Notes: generated by a model from the sequence alone, not told the origin. 63,653 bases of DNA from Nanobdellota archaeon (GCA_018817405.1 JAHITZ010000046.1:1-63653); one strand, 5' to 3'; positions 27,658 through 36,883 are shown, counted from the first letter of the stretch. Numbers and translations: made by a program.

Positions 27658-29358
27658 TTACTCCTTCAAGATAAGGTCTTTATCTCCCTTATTAACAGCA
27701 TTTTTTAAGATTTCTTTGTTTTTGTAGTAAAGATTCATAACTTTTCCAAAGCCATTTAAATCTCGGATATTTTCTTTTATGAGCCACGAAAATATTTTCT
27801 TTTTCTCCTCCAAATCTTTTTTCAATTCCATTTGGGACATCCCTGTATTGCGGGAAATATCTTCAAAAAATCTCGAGCTTTCGCTATGTTTTTTAATTTT
27901 GTCCTGCTCTGGAACCCACCTATATAAGATATTTGCCCGCGCTTCATCCTTAGTTGCTTCAAATTCTGCAATCTGGAAAATTCTCCTAATTCCTTTCCGC
28001 CTATCCCTGAACATAACAACGTTCAAATTAACTGCCTTTAACAAATTAGATGGTACATTTAAAGGAGGATTCACTAGCCGAGAAATTGTTTCGGCAGCGG
28101 TGTCAGCGTGTACAGTTGCATAAACTGCATGCCCTGTATGCATCGCCTCAAACAAAACCATCGCTTCCATCGCCTTTCTCATCTCACCCAAAACAATCTT
28201 GTCAGGTCGCATTCTCAAACTATTAATCAACAAATCTAACATTGAGACTTCCCCCTTACCTTCAGGATTAGCTGTCCTTGTAACCAATGGAGTCCAGTAC
28301 AAAAACTCTGGAAGCATTAACTCTCTAGTATCTTCAATGCTAATAATTCTCTGGTTCGGAGGAATGAAAGGCATGCACGCATTCAAAAAAGAAGTCTTTC
28401 CAGAGCCAGTACCTCCAGAAATTAAAATATTCATCTCGAATTCAATCGCCAACCACAGTAGAGATGCCGTATCAATATCACAAGTCTTGTTATTAATTAA
28501 GTCAACCATCGTGAAAGGATCTCTCGCGAACTTTCTTATCGTAATTGTATTCCCTTTAGTATTAACAGGATATAACACAGCATTAATTCTATCTCCAGTA
28601 ACTAAATGTGCGTCCAACAAAGGAGTCAAAACTGTTATCTGTCTTCCGACTCTTCTAGCAATAATGTTTGCGTAATTAACAATATCTTCCTCTTTGTCTA
28701 TGAAAATGTTAGTCATTAACCACCCATACTTCTTAGAAAAAACTCTAATCGGCTCTTTCGAAGAAGTCAAAACAATCTCCTCTAAATTGGGATCATCAAC
28801 TAAAAACTCAATTTTTCCAAGCCCCAACATCTCCTGCATCAGCATCCCAATCAAAAAGTTCTCAACACCTTCATCAATCTTCGGCAATTTTTCATTCAAA
28901 AGTTTTTTAGCATCGACCATAAACCTTTTTTTTATCGAAGAAAGTGCTGCAGGGTCGACTAATTCTTTCATACTGATTGTTGTAATGGAAATTAAATCAT
29001 TTCTAAGAATATTCAACAAAGTCAGCGTCGCCGGACTTATTTCAGGAATATATAAATTGTATTTCAGACCCAGCGAATCTTTCACAATCTCAACATTTAC
29101 TGTTGCGCCATCAACTTCAATTTCATAACTTTCAATTTTCTCTTTCTTTCCATCTGACTTACTATCTTTCTTATCTTCTACAATTTTCTTATCTTCTTTA
29201 TGCTCCTTCTCAACAAAGTTCCCAGAAACAACTTTTTTCTTCTTATCTGATTTCCTAAAGTCAATCATCACCTCAGACTTCTTGATATTCTCAATCTTCA
29301 CCTTTTTTTTATGCATCTTATCTATTTTCTTCTTTTTTGATTTAATCTTTTTTTTCAT
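27658..29358 (-). CDS. type II/IV secretion ATPase (FlaI/PilB/VirB11 family)
   Basis: Walker A GGTGSGKTSFLNA, Walker B-type KIVLGEMR, His-box region TGHAVYATVHA. Lys-rich N-terminal extension. Confidence 0.9.
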   Translation of the reverse strand: MKKKIKSKKKKIDKMHKKKVKIENIKKSEVMIDFRKSDKKKKVVSGNFVEKEHKEDKKIVEDKKDSKSDGKKEKIESYEIEVDGATVNVEIVKDSLGLKYNLYIPEISPATLTLLNILRNDLISITTISMKELVDPAALSSIKKRFMVDAKKLLNEKLPKIDEGVENFLIGMLMQEMLGLGKIEFLVDDPNLEEIVLTSSKEPIRVFSKKYGWLMTNIFIDKEEDIVNYANIIARRVGRQITVLTPLLDAHLVTGDRINAVLYPVNTKGNTITIRKFARDPFTMVDLINNKTCDIDTASLLWLAIEFEMNILISGGTGSGKTSFLNACMPFIPPNQRIISIEDTRELMLPEFLYWTPLVTRTANPEGKGEVSMLDLLINSLRMRPDKIVLGEMRKAMEAMVLFEAMHTGHAVYATVHADTAAETISRLVNPPLNVPSNLLKAVNLNVVMFRDRRKGIRRIFQIAEFEATKDEARANILYRWVPEQDKIKKHSESSRFFEDISRNTGMSQMELKKDLEEKKKIFSWLIKENIRDLNGFGKVMNLYYKNKEILKNAVNKGDKDLILKE

Positions 29359-29882
29359 GCCTCACCTTTTTTTAAAACAATCTCAGCATCACCAAATTTT
29401 CCATATTTAATATAAGCCAAATTCCCTTCCTCCAATGTCTCAGCCCAGTTCTTCACAATTTCCTCATCAACATTAAACGCTTTTGAAACTGTATTAAATC
29501 CAACACGAGACCTTTTTTGTAATATCTTATAAAGTTTATCTAAATCAGTAGAATTCTGTTCATGATACGTTTTCTTTAGCACTTGCAACTCACCAATCTC
29601 TCTTTTAAATTCTAATTTCCCTTTAAGAAAAATAACCAAAGCAAACACAATGATCAAAAACCACTCCCCGATAACTACCAGTCTTGAAATAGAACTCTTA
29701 ATAGGATACATGTTTAAAATATCGTCGCCAATATCGACTTTTCCAATTGAAAAGCCAGAAATGCTTTCTTTAGGCAAACCAACCAACTCTGTTTCATAAG
29801 ACAAAAAATGAACAGTGCTGTGTGAAAGAGCAACTAAGACAAACAACCACAAAAATATTTTCGCTACAACTCTTTTTTTCAT
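29355..29882 (-). CDS. membrane protein, first gene of the pilus-machinery operon
   Basis: Two TM helices plus a C-terminal helical (winged-helix-like) domain. 4-nt overlap with the ATPase gene. Confidence 0.5.
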   Translation of the reverse strand: MKKRVVAKIFLWLFVLVALSHSTVHFLSYETELVGLPKESISGFSIGKVDIGDDILNMYPIKSSISRLVVIGEWFLIIVFALVIFLKGKLEFKREIGELQVLKKTYHEQNSTDLDKLYKILQKRSRVGFNTVSKAFNVDEEIVKNWAETLEEGNLAYIKYGKFGDAEIVLKKGEA

Positions 29883-29932
29883 GTTTAATACAAATCAAGA
29901 AACTTTAAAACTTTAACTATCTATCTAATCTC

Positions 29933-30340
29933 ATGAAAAGAGGGCAAATAAGCGTTGAGTATCTTATGATTATTTCGTTTGTAACATTTGTAGTTCTTAC
30001 GATTTTAGGTATTTCTCTATTTTACTCAACGCAGATTCAAGATTCAATTAAGTTTAATCAGCTTGAAAGATTTGCTAGAAAAATAATTTCTGCTTCAGAA
30101 TCAACATTTTATGCAGGTCAACCTTCGAAAACAACAATCACAGCATACTTTCCACGTGGCGTCACATCTATCGAAATTATAGAAAACAGTCTAGTTTTTT
30201 CCGTAGAATCTGCAAGTGGCACCAGTGTAATCGCGTATGGGTCAAATGTTCCCATAGAAGGCACTTTGTCTTTCTCGTCTGGCCTGAAAAAGATTCAAAT
30301 AATTGCTCAAACAGATAAAATTGAAATCTCTGAAACTTAA
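29933..30340 (+). CDS. pilin-like protein (class III signal peptide)
   Basis: MKRGQISVEYLMIISFVTFVVLTILG has the QxSxEYL motif. Confidence 0.6.
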   Translation: MKRGQISVEYLMIISFVTFVVLTILGISLFYSTQIQDSIKFNQLERFARKIISASESTFYAGQPSKTTITAYFPRGVTSIEIIENSLVFSVESASGTSVIAYGSNVPIEGTLSFSSGLKKIQIIAQTDKIEISET

Positions 30341-30735
30341 TGGTAAAAAAATCTCAGTCTGCAATTGAATTCATAATTCTTGTAGGACTAATGCTCTTCC
30401 TTTTTAGTTCATTTCTTTTTGTATTTCAGCAAAATCTTGAAAAAAAAATAGAACAAAAAAGAAACTTAGAAATCAAAGATCTTGCTTTAACAATTCAAAA
30501 CGAAATTAATATTGCAGCTGAAACAAGTTCAGGTTATCAGCGTTCATTTTCAATTCCTGAAAAAATAATAAAGTTGGATTATGGAATTTCCGTAGCTGAT
30601 GGATTTCTATATCTTAACACCTCAGACAGTAAACATGCTATTGGCTTACCAATTCCCACAGTCATCGGTGAAATTCAAAAGGGTACGAACACCATTACAA
30701 AAATTAACAGCACGGTTTATTTGAACACGCCCTAA
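30340..30735 (+). CDS. pilin-like protein (class III signal peptide)
   Basis: MVKKSQSAIEFIILVGLMLFLF. The TAATG overlaps the preceding gene. Confidence 0.6.
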   Translation: MVKKSQSAIEFIILVGLMLFLFSSFLFVFQQNLEKKIEQKRNLEIKDLALTIQNEINIAAETSSGYQRSFSIPEKIIKLDYGISVADGFLYLNTSDSKHAIGLPIPTVIGEIQKGTNTITKINSTVYLNTP

Positions 30736-30753
30736 CGGCTATTCTCACCTAAA

Positions 30754-31797
30754 ATGATAACCCTAGACACCAAAGACCGCAAACTCCTAACCCTCCTAGA
30801 CGAAAACGCCCGCTACTCAAACTCACAACTCGCAAGAAAAGTCGGATTAAGCAAACCAGCAATCGAATATCGCCTCTAACGCTTCAAAAAAAACAACATC
30901 ATCTTCGCTTATTACACTGTGATTGATATCACAAAACTCGGCTACTCCCAATACAAACTCTACTTCAAATTTCAAAACACAACAATTGAAAAAGAAAACC
31001 AGATAATTGATTACTGGCTAAAAGACAATTCATCAGTCTGGGTTGGACAAATCCGCGGACCCTGGGATCTGGCTGTCTCAATATTAGAAAAAAACAACTA
31101 CGATTTCGGCCAAACACTAACAAAATTCATGCAAAAATTCTCTCAATACATTTTACAAAAAGACGTCCTCCTGACAGAATACTCTCCAATGTACTCAAGA
31201 GAATATCTGACAGGCCGCGCAAACGAGCAGAGCGAGTTCATCAATAAAACGCCGCCACAAACACAGGCGTCCAATTTGCGCGGTCAAGAGAATTATTTAA
31301 AGGGTCCAAAAGAATTCCTCTACGGAATCCCCTCACAAACATATGAACTAAACGAAACAGACAAAAAAATCCTCTCGGAATTATCTAACAACGCCCGCAT
31401 CCCAATCCTCAAACTCGCAGACCTCACTCACCTCTCAAGAGACATAATAAACTACAGAATAAAAAAACTAACAAAAGAAAACATCATCGTCCAATATCGA
31501 ACATACCTCAATTTAGAAAACCTCAACATCCGACATTACAAAGTAATCTTCAGAATGAAAAACTTCTCTCCGCAAGAAGAAGAAAAAATAAAAGACTATG
31601 TAAAGAAACACGAAAAGGCAACTCAATTGCTAAAACTTATCGGCTCCTACGATTTAGAAATCGAATTTGAAGTCCAAGACGAAGATGAACTCTACAAAAT
31701 CCTCCACAACCTCAGACAAAAATTCTCATCAATCATAAGGGACTTCGACATAATCAGAATTATAAAAACTCACAAGCTAGATTTTTTTCCTTTCTAA
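30754..31797 (+). pseudogene. tandem Lrp/AsnC-type regulator interrupted by an in-frame TAA
   Basis: ATG 30754 opens an HTH (MITLDTKDRKLLTLLDENARYSNSQLARKVGLSKPAIEYRL). TAA at 30877-30879 sits where paralogs have K/R, and the same frame then continues to 31797. A second Lrp repeat starts near ELNETDKKILSELSNNARIP. Confidence 0.6.
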
Positions 31798-32157
31798 TCA
31801 ACCAAACAATCTTTCAATCGCTCCTCCAACCTCCCCATCTAATCCACCACCAAATCCCCTCAAAGCAAAAGAAAATAAGACAACCAAGAATATAATGATA
31901 ATGTTCAAAATAAGATAAATTATATTTTTCTTCTTGCTAAAAATATTCTCACCCAAACCACGAATAGAAAATAATGACAAGACTGGTATGATAATTCCAA
32001 TTACTGATGAAACAATAACGAACAATATCCCTTTAATATTCCATTCTAAACCATTCTCCCCAAGAGTCCGAAAAAGAATAGGAGAAGGAATATAATTACA
32101 AATCACAATAGCCATGATTGTCAAAATCGCCACAACAATAAAAATCTCTTTTTTCAT
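31798..32157 (-). CDS. hypothetical polytopic membrane protein
   Basis: 119 aa with three predicted TM helices. Confidence 0.5.
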   Translation of the reverse strand: MKKEIFIVVAILTIMAIVICNYIPSPILFRTLGENGLEWNIKGILFVIVSSVIGIIIPVLSLFSIRGLGENIFSKKKNIIYLILNIIIIFLVVLFSFALRGFGGGLDGEVGGAIERLFG

Positions 32158-32188
32158 GATAATTATAATTCTTCTTCTTGTTTATAAT

Positions 32189-34060
32189 TTACTCAACAAC
32201 ACTCTTTATCCTCCTCACCCCAGAACTAACGCTCTGCTCTTTCACAATCCTAAACTTCCCAATTTCCCGCGTGTTCTTCACATGAGGTCCAGTGCAAATC
32301 TCCTTGCTAAAATACCCTTTTTTATCAGAATGGTCAACAACAGTATAAACCGAAACAAGGTCTGGGTATTTCGCTCCAAACTCGCCCTGTGCCCCGGATT
32401 CAAAAGCATCTTTCAAAGGCACCTCCTCCCGCTTAACTTCAAGCCCGTTCTCAATAACCCTGTTCACCAATTCCTCAACTTCCCGCAATTCTGAATCTGT
32501 CAACTTCCTGTAAAAACTAAAATCAAACCTAGACCTCTCTGGATTTATATTTGAACCCTTTTGCTTAACCTCTGTTTTCAAAACAATTTTCAAAGCTTCA
32601 ACCAGAATGTGCGTCGCAGTATGCAGTCTTTTTGTTTTTTCAGAATCATCTGCCAGCCCAGACTTAAACTGCCCGCTCGATGCTGTTCGGCTTAAATCTT
32701 GATGCCTCTTAAATTCATCGTTGTACTCTTCTAAATCTATCTTAACATTTTTCTCATTCGCCAACTCAACAGTCATCTCAATTGGAAACCCAAAACTCTG
32801 GAACAAAAGAAACGCCTCCCTCCCCGTAATAATCTCATCCTTCGCCACCTGCTCAAACTTCTTCAAACCTTTTTCAAGCGTCTTCTTAAACCTCTCTTCC
32901 TCTAAATCTAACTCTTCAAAAATAAATTTATGATTTCTGTGTAGCTCCTGATAATCCGGATAAATTGGCAAAACACTCTTCGCAACATGAACTGTAAAGT
33001 TATCTTCAATCCCCAAGAGTCTACCATAACGAATCGCTCTCCTAATCAGCCTCCTCAATACATAACCTTGCCCTAAATTAGAAGGCTTAATCCCTCGCTC
33101 ATCTCCAAGAATGAAAACAGCCGCCTTGATATGATCTGCAATAATTCGCATCGCTCGTTTATTAGAAGAAATATTACTCAACACAGACGAATTATTATCT
33201 CCAAGAACACGTTTCATGGAGGGCGGGTGGGCACCATCCCCCACAACAGATTCATCATACTTCCTCTCACTCAACTTCTCAATTTCTTGAATTATCGGCC
33301 AAAACTCTGGTGTTTTATAATTATCATCCAACCCAAGTAAAACCGCAACCGTCCTCTCAACTCCGCCCCCAAAATCCACGTTCTTTTGTTCCAAACCTTC
33401 GTATTTACCCTCCCCAACTTTATTATACTGCATCAAAACATCATTCCCTATTTCAACCCATCTTTTATCTTCAACATCAAACTTTTCTGGCAGCTCCTTG
33501 TCTGAACCAATCCAATAAAACATCTCAGTGTCTGGCCCACACGGCCCGCTCTCTCCAGCAGGTTCCCACCAATTCTCTGCCTTACTAAGAAACGCAATCC
33601 TCTCATCCTTTACTCCAAGTCGCCTCCAAACCTCTGCACTTTCCACATCACGCGGAGCATCTTTATCTCCAGCAAAACAACTCACAGCTATCTTCTCTTT
33701 CTCAAAACCCAAAACCTTAGTCAAAAACTCAAAAGAGTACTCAATCGCCTCCTTCTTCCAATAATCCCCAAGCGACCAATTCCCCAACATCTCAAAGAAA
33801 GTGTGGTGCGTCTCATTCCCAACTTCATCAATATCTCTAGTCCTAATGCATTTTTGCACATTCACCAATCTCCTACCAAGTGGATGTCCCTGCCCTTGTA
33901 AATAAGGAACTAAAGGGTGCATCCCAGCAGTCGTAAACAACACAGTCGGATCATTCTCCGGAATCAAACTCGCACTGGGAATCTCCCGATGGTGCTTCGA
34001 CTTAAAGAATTCAATAAATTTCTTTATCAGTTCCCAACGGTTTTTTATTTTGCCTGCCAT
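32189..34060 (-). CDS. alaS: alanyl-tRNA synthetase, short bacterial-type
   Basis: FTTAGMHPLVPY, QKCIRTRDIDEVG..HHTFFEMLGNWSLGDY, and editing-domain HTATHIL...CTGPHV. Only 623 aa, so no C-Ala domain. Confidence 0.9.
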   Translation of the reverse strand: MAGKIKNRWELIKKFIEFFKSKHHREIPSASLIPENDPTVLFTTAGMHPLVPYLQGQGHPLGRRLVNVQKCIRTRDIDEVGNETHHTFFEMLGNWSLGDYWKKEAIEYSFEFLTKVLGFEKEKIAVSCFAGDKDAPRDVESAEVWRRLGVKDERIAFLSKAENWWEPAGESGPCGPDTEMFYWIGSDKELPEKFDVEDKRWVEIGNDVLMQYNKVGEGKYEGLEQKNVDFGGGVERTVAVLLGLDDNYKTPEFWPIIQEIEKLSERKYDESVVGDGAHPPSMKRVLGDNNSSVLSNISSNKRAMRIIADHIKAAVFILGDERGIKPSNLGQGYVLRRLIRRAIRYGRLLGIEDNFTVHVAKSVLPIYPDYQELHRNHKFIFEELDLEEERFKKTLEKGLKKFEQVAKDEIITGREAFLLFQSFGFPIEMTVELANEKNVKIDLEEYNDEFKRHQDLSRTASSGQFKSGLADDSEKTKRLHTATHILVEALKIVLKTEVKQKGSNINPERSRFDFSFYRKLTDSELREVEELVNRVIENGLEVKREEVPLKDAFESGAQGEFGAKYPDLVSVYTVVDHSDKKGYFSKEICTGPHVKNTREIGKFRIVKEQSVSSGVRRIKSVVE

Positions 34061-34096
34061 AACTAATCAAAAAACAGATTGTATATAAAACTTTCA

Positions 34097-35173
34097 CTAA
34101 ACGAGTGTTCTCTTTCCCTTAAAGGTCTTTCCTTTATCAGGACTTTCAAAAACCCTGAGGTTGACCCCATCTCTATCTGTCAACCCTCTAACAACAGGCG
34201 TTAAAACTCTAGCATTATTCAAACCATAAGTATTAAGCTTCCAGTTTTCAGGACCAACATATGTCCCAAACTTCCCATATCCTGTCAAAGTCCCAATGTC
34301 ATAACTCGCAGCTCCCACCCCATCGACTTTATAAGCTAAAACACCTTCAATAACACCCCTCTGCTGACTAAACTCCCTTTCCTTAAACCATCTCCTCCCA
34401 ACAGTTCTAATTGGATCCATTTCCTCAAAAAAAACAATAGATCTTCCAACGCCACCAACAGTCTGCGCGGCCCCAATCCCAGAACCCTCCAATTTTCTTC
34501 CAAACTCAGAAATTAAATAATCTCTAAGAGCATCTCCTTCCAAAAAAGAGCCCTCTCCTGATCGCGATGTGCCTGATGAAGGAAAAATTAGAATGTCCCC
34601 TATCCAATTGACCAAATCTACCCTAACTTTTTCACCTTTTTCTTTTCCAATCCTCGCTGCAACACCAAGCACACTATCTAAAAAGTTTTTCGAATATGCC
34701 CAAGCCCGTAGTTTTCCACGATCCTCTCGCTCCACCACACCCAATTGAATAAAACCCTCCTTACCTTCTGCTGGCTTGTAAATACAAATAGCACGTTCCA
34801 AAGATTCAGGTTCATTTACAATCTTCACATAAGTACCCAGCAAATAACCAGAGTCCTGAATCACTCTAAACGCAAGATCTCCAAATCTCTCATTATAATG
34901 GGCCCCACCATTCTGTCTGCCATTCCCATTTCCACCAACACCCTCAGCCTCCTTCTCTAAAACACCAGGCACAATTTCCCTAACAAAAAAAGCATTTTCC
35001 GGAACAGATACAACACTCTGATATTCTTTCCCACAACCTCCACAAAACCCTTTTTCCGCAGGAACAACAAAATTCTTCCCTCTTCGCCCACACTCCGCAT
35101 CATTACAGACACCATACCAAGCCACATTTCTCTTAACAACTCCCTCACCAAGCCCCTCCCCCCCATCAACCAA
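34097..35173 (-). CDS. hypothetical protein with N-terminal zinc-ribbon-like motif
   Basis: 358 aa. CNDAEC...CGGC cysteines. No in-frame ATG near the 5' end (track start is TTG). The frame stays open upstream to 35221. Confidence 0.45.
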   Translation of the reverse strand: MVDGGEGLGEGVVKRNVAWYGVCNDAECGRRGKNFVVPAEKGFCGGCGKEYQSVVSVPENAFFVREIVPGVLEKEAEGVGGNGNGRQNGGAHYNERFGDLAFRVIQDSGYLLGTYVKIVNEPESLERAICIYKPAEGKEGFIQLGVVEREDRGKLRAWAYSKNFLDSVLGVAARIGKEKGEKVRVDLVNWIGDILIFPSSGTSRSGEGSFLEGDALRDYLISEFGRKLEGSGIGAAQTVGGVGRSIVFFEEMDPIRTVGRRWFKEREFSQQRGVIEGVLAYKVDGVGAASYDIGTLTGYGKFGTYVGPENWKLNTYGLNNARVLTPVVRGLTDRDGVNLRVFESPDKGKTFKGKRTLV

Positions 35174-35219
35174 CTCTCCAGCATCTTCTCCAGCTTCTTC
35201 AGTATCAAGGTTAATCCCA

Positions 35220-35552
35220 TCAAAATGGATACAAAGTCACAGAAGTTCTAACCATCGGTACTAAATCAGGTTGCTCCGAAAGGATCTTATATTTCAATTC
35301 ACAACTCCCCCCTGTGCCATCAGCATCAGCCAACGCCTCACTAGCCTCTCCACTCTCAGCAGGCACTTCCAAAACATCAAAAACCCCCAACGCCTTCAAC
35401 CTATCATTAAACACTTCTCGGTCTGCCTCACTAAACCGACCTATCTGAATCGGTTCTGCACTTTGCTTCGGAGGACGATGCGTCACATAAGATTCAGGAT
35501 CAAATCCATCTTCATCTTCTCTCGTTCCATCCTTAACAGCTTCTTCACTCAT
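35220..35552 (-). CDS. hypothetical acidic protein
   Basis: 110-aa ORF ending CCA TTT TGA. May be joined to 34097-35173 by a +1 shift. Confidence 0.4.
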   Translation of the reverse strand: MSEEAVKDGTREDEDGFDPESYVTHRPPKQSAEPIQIGRFSEADREVFNDRLKALGVFDVLEVPAESGEASEALADADGTGGSCELKYKILSEQPDLVPMVRTSVTLYPF

Positions 35553-35599
35553 AGAAATCCCACAAGAGAATTCTATTTAAACATTTATACAACAGAAGA

Positions 35600-35941
35600 C
35601 TACATCCCCCTATTCAACTTTCCCAACTTTGCCCTTATCTTATCAATCTCCTCCTGCAACGACAACTTCCTTTCCCTTTTCTTCCTTTCCTTCTCCCCCG
35701 CCAGCCCAACAGGAACTTTATAATGCGCCTTTGGCAAAATTCTCTCCAGTTTATCAATCCATGTAAGAGTCTCCTCAGTCTTATTCTTCAAAGCAACTTT
35801 CAAAACAAGTTCTTCATTTCTTAAAGACCTGTATTTCTGAAAACTCTGAATTAAATTCAAAAGTTCCAACTGGCTGCTAAGCAAATGCTTCTTCCCGTAA
35901 TCTTTTTCCGGCGGAGATAACCTAATGTATTCGGACTTCAT
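35600..35941 (-). CDS. hypothetical coiled-coil protein
   Basis: 113-aa ORF. GGAG box 7 nt upstream of the ATG. Its start region is duplicated 65 nt upstream. Confidence 0.5.
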   Translation of the reverse strand: MKSEYIRLSPPEKDYGKKHLLSSQLELLNLIQSFQKYRSLRNEELVLKVALKNKTEETLTWIDKLERILPKAHYKVPVGLAGEKERKKRERKLSLQEEIDKIRAKLGKLNRGM

Positions 35942-35948
35942 CTTCTCC
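35926..35948. repeat. 23-nt direct repeat, copy 1 (covers RBS and start codon of 35600-35941)
   Basis: TGTATTCGGACTTCATCTTCTCC is identical to 35991-36013. Confidence 0.8.
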
Positions 35949-35990
35949 TGCCTCCTGAAGTCGGAATGCTTGAAAATTTCCTGTTTTCAT

Positions 35991-36013
35991 TGTATTCGGA
36001 CTTCATCTTCTCC
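35991..36013. repeat. 23-nt direct repeat, copy 2 (creates upstream 22-aa ORF 35938-36006)
   Basis: Identical to 35926-35948. Opens MKSEYNENRKFSSIPTSGGRRR*, whose TGA overlaps the main ATG (ATGA). Confidence 0.8.
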
Positions 36014-36126
36014 ACCCTCTAAAATAATTAAACTCATTATTAACTCCCTCAATAAAATATCCAAATACATTACGTCCTTTCCATGTTCTTTTATTAATTA
36101 TTCTTAACATCTTTGCATAGCTTTTA

Positions 36127-36789
36127 TTATTCCACCTTCTCAAAAATATTTTCTGAAACAGTCTGAACTCTGCTTTTAAGATGTATCAGGTCCTTTTCCC
36201 AAGAAGTAATTTCTTGCTCTTCTCTCAACTTTGTTTCTCTAATTTTCTTCACAAGATCGTTTATATCTTCTAACTTGCTTCCTACTTCTGTCAAAGCCTT
36301 TCTAGCAGAATGAAATTTATCAATCCTAACAAAAACATCTGCAGAGCTTGGCTCTGGAACTTTGGCTCTCACAATTCTTGGAGGCGGCTCAACAACATAT
36401 CTTGGCTCGGGTTCAGATTCACTTTCTTCTACTTCTTCTAATCCAGAATGCTCTGGAAACTCAAGTCCTTGTCCTCCAGTTTGAGAAGTTGAAGGATGCC
36501 ATTCTTCCATCTCCATAAGCTTGACTTCTTTCTCTTCTTCTGGTCTTGTAGAAATAGAGGGATGTAAAAATGTATCTTTCCTTTCAGACCACCCAGTATC
36601 TCCTGACTCTTTCTCTTTTACAATTTCTTTTGTCTCCTTACCCTCTGGCTTAGGAAATGCAGGAACAGAACCCTCCCATTTACTCACACTTTCCCGCGAA
36701 GCAACATTTCCTTTTGCACCAGGAAAGGATCCAGGCAAAGGAGGCAAATCAGGCAGTTTCGACTCATCCTCTTTTTTCTTAAAGAACAT
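36127..36789 (-). CDS. hypothetical protein (P/E-rich N-terminus, helical C-terminus)
   Basis: 220-aa ORF, no family recognised. Confidence 0.5.
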   Translation of the reverse strand: MFFKKKEDESKLPDLPPLPGSFPGAKGNVASRESVSKWEGSVPAFPKPEGKETKEIVKEKESGDTGWSERKDTFLHPSISTRPEEEKEVKLMEMEEWHPSTSQTGGQGLEFPEHSGLEEVEESESEPEPRYVVEPPPRIVRAKVPEPSSADVFVRIDKFHSARKALTEVGSKLEDINDLVKKIRETKLREEQEITSWEKDLIHLKSRVQTVSENIFEKVE

Positions 36790-36883
36790 TTTAACCTCAT
36801 ATCTTACAAGAAATTACACTATAAAAAGTTATCTTTCAATTCGATGTCCCAGATACCAACAAAAGATATACTGAACAACAGCA

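Noticed and set aside
28199-29128. Two + strand ORFs (158 and 144 aa) inside the secretion ATPase gene
   Set aside because: They are antisense shadow ORFs within a strongly supported CDS. Similar antisense ORFs in mcm, the VWA gene, alaS and the S8 protease were also discarded.
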